NCBI RefSeq assembly: GCF_001457595.1
Contig: NZ_LN831039.1
Location: forward strand, 6,150,001-6,182,000
Origin: Mycolicibacterium smegmatis
GTDB lineage: Bacteria; Actinomycetota; Actinomycetes; Mycobacteriales; Mycobacteriaceae
Direction: 5' to 3'
Length of the DNA: 32,000 bases
Positions 29,367 through 32,000 of the stretch are shown here, one piece after another. A program made the position numbers and the translations under genes. The first letter of the stretch is position 1. Each line of letters begins with the position of its first letter. Below the pieces are notes generated by a model. The model worked only from the letters and a program-made list of their open reading frames with translations, was not told the DNA's origin and did no database searches.

Positions 29367-30331
29367 ACCGGTTCGGTGTAGAGCACCAACTCGCCGTGGC
29401 GCCGGCCCACGAACAACCGCTGACGGGACAGGTTCGAGCCGACCGCCACACCGCCCTGCCCGCGCCAGTCGGTGACCAACCGGTCCACCCCGCGGATCTG
29501 TACGTCGGTCAAATCGGTGCCGCCGTTGGTCAGAAGCCAGGCCCGGATCACGCGGCGCCGCACGGCACCGGGAAGCCCGGCCAGCACCTCGGTGTCGAGC
29601 CCCGGCGGGGTACGAGCCGAAGTCTGGGAAGTCTCAAGGGCCTGCCTCGCGATCTCGTCGAGTGTCTCGGTGTCCTCGCGCAGCGCGGTCGCGGTGCGCG
29701 CCAGCGCCTCGGCCACTCCCCCGCCGAGGACCTCTTCGAGCAGCGGCATCACATCGAGGCGCAGCCGGGTCCTGGTGAACCGCGGTTCGAAGTTGTGCGG
29801 GTCGTGCCAGGGTTTGAGCCCGAGTTCCTCGCAGGCCGCGTGGGTCACGGTGCGCCGGATGCCCAGAAGCGGCCGGTGCCACGGCGGATCGTGCGGACGC
29901 ATGCCTGCGATGGACCGCGGCCCTGACCCGCGCGCGAGCCCCAGCAGCACGGTCTCGGCCTGATCGTCGAGTGTGTGGCCCAGTAGCACGGGCGCCCCGT
30001 CGCGCGCGGCCTGCAGCGCGGTGTAGCGCGCCGTGCGCGCGGCGGCCTCAGGCCCGCCGGAGCGGCCCACCACCACCGGGATGATCTCGGCGCCAACACA
30101 TCCCACCGACAGCGCCTGCGCCCGAGCGGTCTCGGCCACCGCACGCGCCCCGGTCTGCAGGCCGTGGTCGACGATGAGCGCCGTGGTGGGACGCTCGGCC
30201 GCCGCGACCGCGGTGAGCGCAAGCGAGTCCGGCCCGCCGGACAACGCCACACACCAACGCTCGCCGTCGACCTGCGCTGCGAAATCGGCCACCGCCCGAC
30301 GCAGCGTCGCTACAGCACGCGATCGATCCAT
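29363..30331 (-). CDS. tilS: tRNA(Ile)-lysidine synthase
   Basis: The 322-aa product from ATG 30331 has the PP-loop motif SGGPDS ([12 protein letters not shown]). It is syntenic with Rv3625c (mesJ). The 340-aa ORF start at 30385 would overlap the upstream gene by 76 nt rather than 22 nt. Confidence 0.9.
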   Translation of the reverse strand: MDRSRAVATLRRAVADFAAQVDGERWCVALSGGPDSLALTAVAAAERPTTALIVDHGLQTGARAVAETARAQALSVGCVGAEIIPVVVGRSGGPEAAARTARYTALQAARDGAPVLLGHTLDDQAETVLLGLARGSGPRSIAGMRPHDPPWHRPLLGIRRTVTHAACEELGLKPWHDPHNFEPRFTRTRLRLDVMPLLEEVLGGGVAEALARTATALREDTETLDEIARQALETSQTSARTPPGLDTEVLAGLPGAVRRRVIRAWLLTNGGTDLTDVQIRGVDRLVTDWRGQGGVAVGSNLSRQRLFVGRRHGELVLYTEPV

Positions 30332-31383
30332 CGCTGCGGTTCGTCGATCTCGGTTGGCAGCGGCAACGTCTCGGCGTTCGTCCACACGGTGTTGAACCGT
30401 TGCATCCCCACCGCGGACACCACGTGGTCGACGAACGCCTTGCCGCGGGTGTACTGACTGAGCTTGGCGTCGAACCCCAGAAGTGCACGCACGACGCGCT
30501 GCACCGGGGGCTGCTTGCGTTGCCTGCGTTCGTCGAAGCGCCGCCGGATGGTGCCCACGGTGGGCACCACGGCGGGGCCGACGGCGTCCATGACGTGATC
30601 GGCGTGGCCTTCCAGCAGCGTGCCCAGCACGAGCAGCTGGTCGAGCGCGCGGCGCTGTGGTTCGGCTTGCACCGCACGCATCAGCCCCAGGATCCCGGTC
30701 GAATTCGGTTCGGGCGCAGACCCGTTGGTGCCGCGCTGGTCACGCACATACTGCGCGAGGCGGCCGGCCAGTGCGGCGACATCGTCGCCCGCGTCCTGCG
30801 TGAGCACCGCGAGCGCCTGCGACATGTGGTCGGCCAGCCAGGGGTTGGCACGGAACTGCACGCGGTGGGTGACCTCGTGCAGGCACACCCAGAGGCGGAA
30901 ATCGGCTGGGGCGACGCGCAGTTGGCGTTCCACCGAGATGACGTTGGGGTACACCAGCAGCAGTTCACCGCCGTCGGGGCCGAACGGGTCGTACTGGCCC
31001 AGGATGCCCGACGAGATGAACGCCAGCAAAGCGCCGGTCTGCGCGCCGGTGACGCGCCCGGTGATGAACCCGGGCTTGTCCCCGTTCGCGTCACTGTCCC
31101 CGGTGTCGCCGCCCGTGGTCATCACGCGCATCGACCGGGTGGCCGCGCGGATCCAGGCGGGACGGTCGACGACACGGGCCTCGGGCACCTCGGCGCCCTC
31201 GTTGAGACCCGTGACCTCGCGGACGGGCAGCTCGGCGGCGCGTGCGCTCTCGGAGAGCTGATCGATGGCCTGGCGGCGCGTGTAGTCGGTCGAAGGCGGT
31301 TCGGGCCGCGCGAGCTTGGCGCCGACGGATGCGGCGAAATCCCAGTCGACCGCGCGGCCCGCGGTCATGGTGGGCCGGCTCAT
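30310..31383 (-). CDS. zinc-dependent metalloprotease of the DUF2342 / Rv3626c family (HExxH)
   Basis: The 357-aa product from ATG 31383 (ATGA overlap with the dacB stop) has the motif LHEVTHRVQF. The family is conserved upstream of tilS in mycobacteria. The 415-aa track ORF is an extension into dacB. Confidence 0.8.
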   Translation of the reverse strand: MSRPTMTAGRAVDWDFAASVGAKLARPEPPSTDYTRRQAIDQLSESARAAELPVREVTGLNEGAEVPEARVVDRPAWIRAATRSMRVMTTGGDTGDSDANGDKPGFITGRVTGAQTGALLAFISSGILGQYDPFGPDGGELLLVYPNVISVERQLRVAPADFRLWVCLHEVTHRVQFRANPWLADHMSQALAVLTQDAGDDVAALAGRLAQYVRDQRGTNGSAPEPNSTGILGLMRAVQAEPQRRALDQLLVLGTLLEGHADHVMDAVGPAVVPTVGTIRRRFDERRQRKQPPVQRVVRALLGFDAKLSQYTRGKAFVDHVVSAVGMQRFNTVWTNAETLPLPTEIDEPQRWIDRVL

Positions 31384-32000
31384 GCGCCGCATCCGCAGCT
31401 GCGCAGCACCGCGGCGAGCCCGTCGATCGCGGTGCGTCCGGTGGGCCCGGCTTTGTTGGAGATCAGCGCGAACGTGAGCACCCGGCCGCTGTGGTCGGTG
31501 ACGATGCCTGCCAGCGCGTTGGTTCCGGTCAGCGACCCGGTCTTGGCGCGCAGCCACCCCGCTGCGGCACGGCCGGCGTCGGTGTCGAGGTAGCGGTTGG
31601 ACAGGGTGCCGCTGCCACCGGCGATGGGCAGCAGGTCCACCAGCGGCCGCAGAGCGGGCTGGGTGTGTCCGGCAGCGGCGTTGACCACCTCATCGAGGGT
31701 AAGCGCGGTCAGCCGGTTGTCGACCGACAGGCCGCTGGAGTCGACGAGCTTGGCACCCGAGGTGTCGATGCCCACGGATCGCAGCTGGGTCAGCACCGCC
31801 CCGACGGCACCCTCGAAGCTCTGTGGCCGGCCAAGCGCCTCGGCGACCTCACGGGCGATCGACTCGGCCATCACGTTGTCCGACTCGTTCATCATCTGCC
31901 GCAGCCGCTCGATGAGCGGCGCCGACTGCACCTCGGCGATTGTGGTGCCGCCACGCATGCCGGACGGCATCAGCGTCACCGACTCCGGTTCGACGCCCAG
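31380..32000 (-). CDS. dacB: D-alanyl-D-alanine carboxypeptidase/endopeptidase (PBP4, S13 family), C-terminal part; the 5' end is outside the window
   Basis: The frame stays open to the window edge (..LGVEPESVTLMPSGM..). The SxN motif (ESDNVMAE) and KTG motif (RAKTGSLTGT) are present. Syntenic with Rv3627c. Confidence 0.88.
   Translation of the reverse strand: MGVEPESVTLMPSGMRGGTTIAEVQSAPLIERLRQMMNESDNVMAESIAREVAEALGRPQSFEGAVGAVLTQLRSVGIDTSGAKLVDSSGLSVDNRLTALTLDEVVNAAAGHTQPALRPLVDLLPIAGGSGTLSNRYLDTDAGRAAAGWLRAKTGSLTGTNALAGIVTDHSGRVLTFALISNKAGPTGRTAIDGLAAVLRSCGCGA

Overview
This is a high-GC actinobacterial chromosome segment, roughly two thirds G+C by eye (not computed). Gene order and protein sequences match the mycobacterial core block that in M. 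tuberculosis H37Rv runs from Rv3586 (disA) to Rv3627c (dacB). The content looks like a fast-growing Mycolicibacterium of the M. smegmatis type, because the PE/PPE, esx and espACD genes found at the M. tuberculosis locus are absent. This identification rests on remembered protein families and motifs; no database was searched.

I call 35 CDS, in window order:
- disA (5' partial), an Rv3587c-like membrane protein, canB, mutY.
- A GlxA/AraC-type regulator, a small membrane ORF, an alpha/beta hydrolase, mhuD, lpqF.
- A B12-riboswitch-led cbtB-cbtA-histidine-phosphatase operon.
- clpC1, lsr2, lysS, a fold-type III PLP D-amino-acid deaminase-like gene.
- coaX, panC, an Rv3603c-like Rossmann/DUF2520 protein, an Rv3604c-like Pro-rich membrane protein, a DUF3180 protein.
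- folK, folB, folP, folE, ftsH.
- A plus-strand block of epoxide hydrolase, LLM monooxygenase, Zn-ADH and lpqG.
- hpt, tilS, an HExxH metalloprotease and dacB (5' partial).

I found no tRNA or rRNA gene, no CRISPR array, and no transposase, integrase or phage gene. Many very long extra ORFs in the six-frame track are antisense or N-terminal-extension artefacts of GC-rich DNA.

I do not see convincing evidence for a novel multi-gene system; this is an ordinary, largely housekeeping region. The points most worth a second look are:
- The cobalamin riboswitch with an RBS-sequestering helix, whose operon ends in a histidine-phosphatase homologue with AHA in place of the RHG motif.
- A perfect in-frame 6 x 27-bp tandem repeat inside the Rv3604c-like gene.
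- The absence of panD between panC and coaX.
- A ClgR-like operator overlapping the lsr2 terminator upstream of clpC1.
- A 15-bp perfect palindrome upstream of lsr2.
- Six convergent gene pairs with essentially no 3' spacer.
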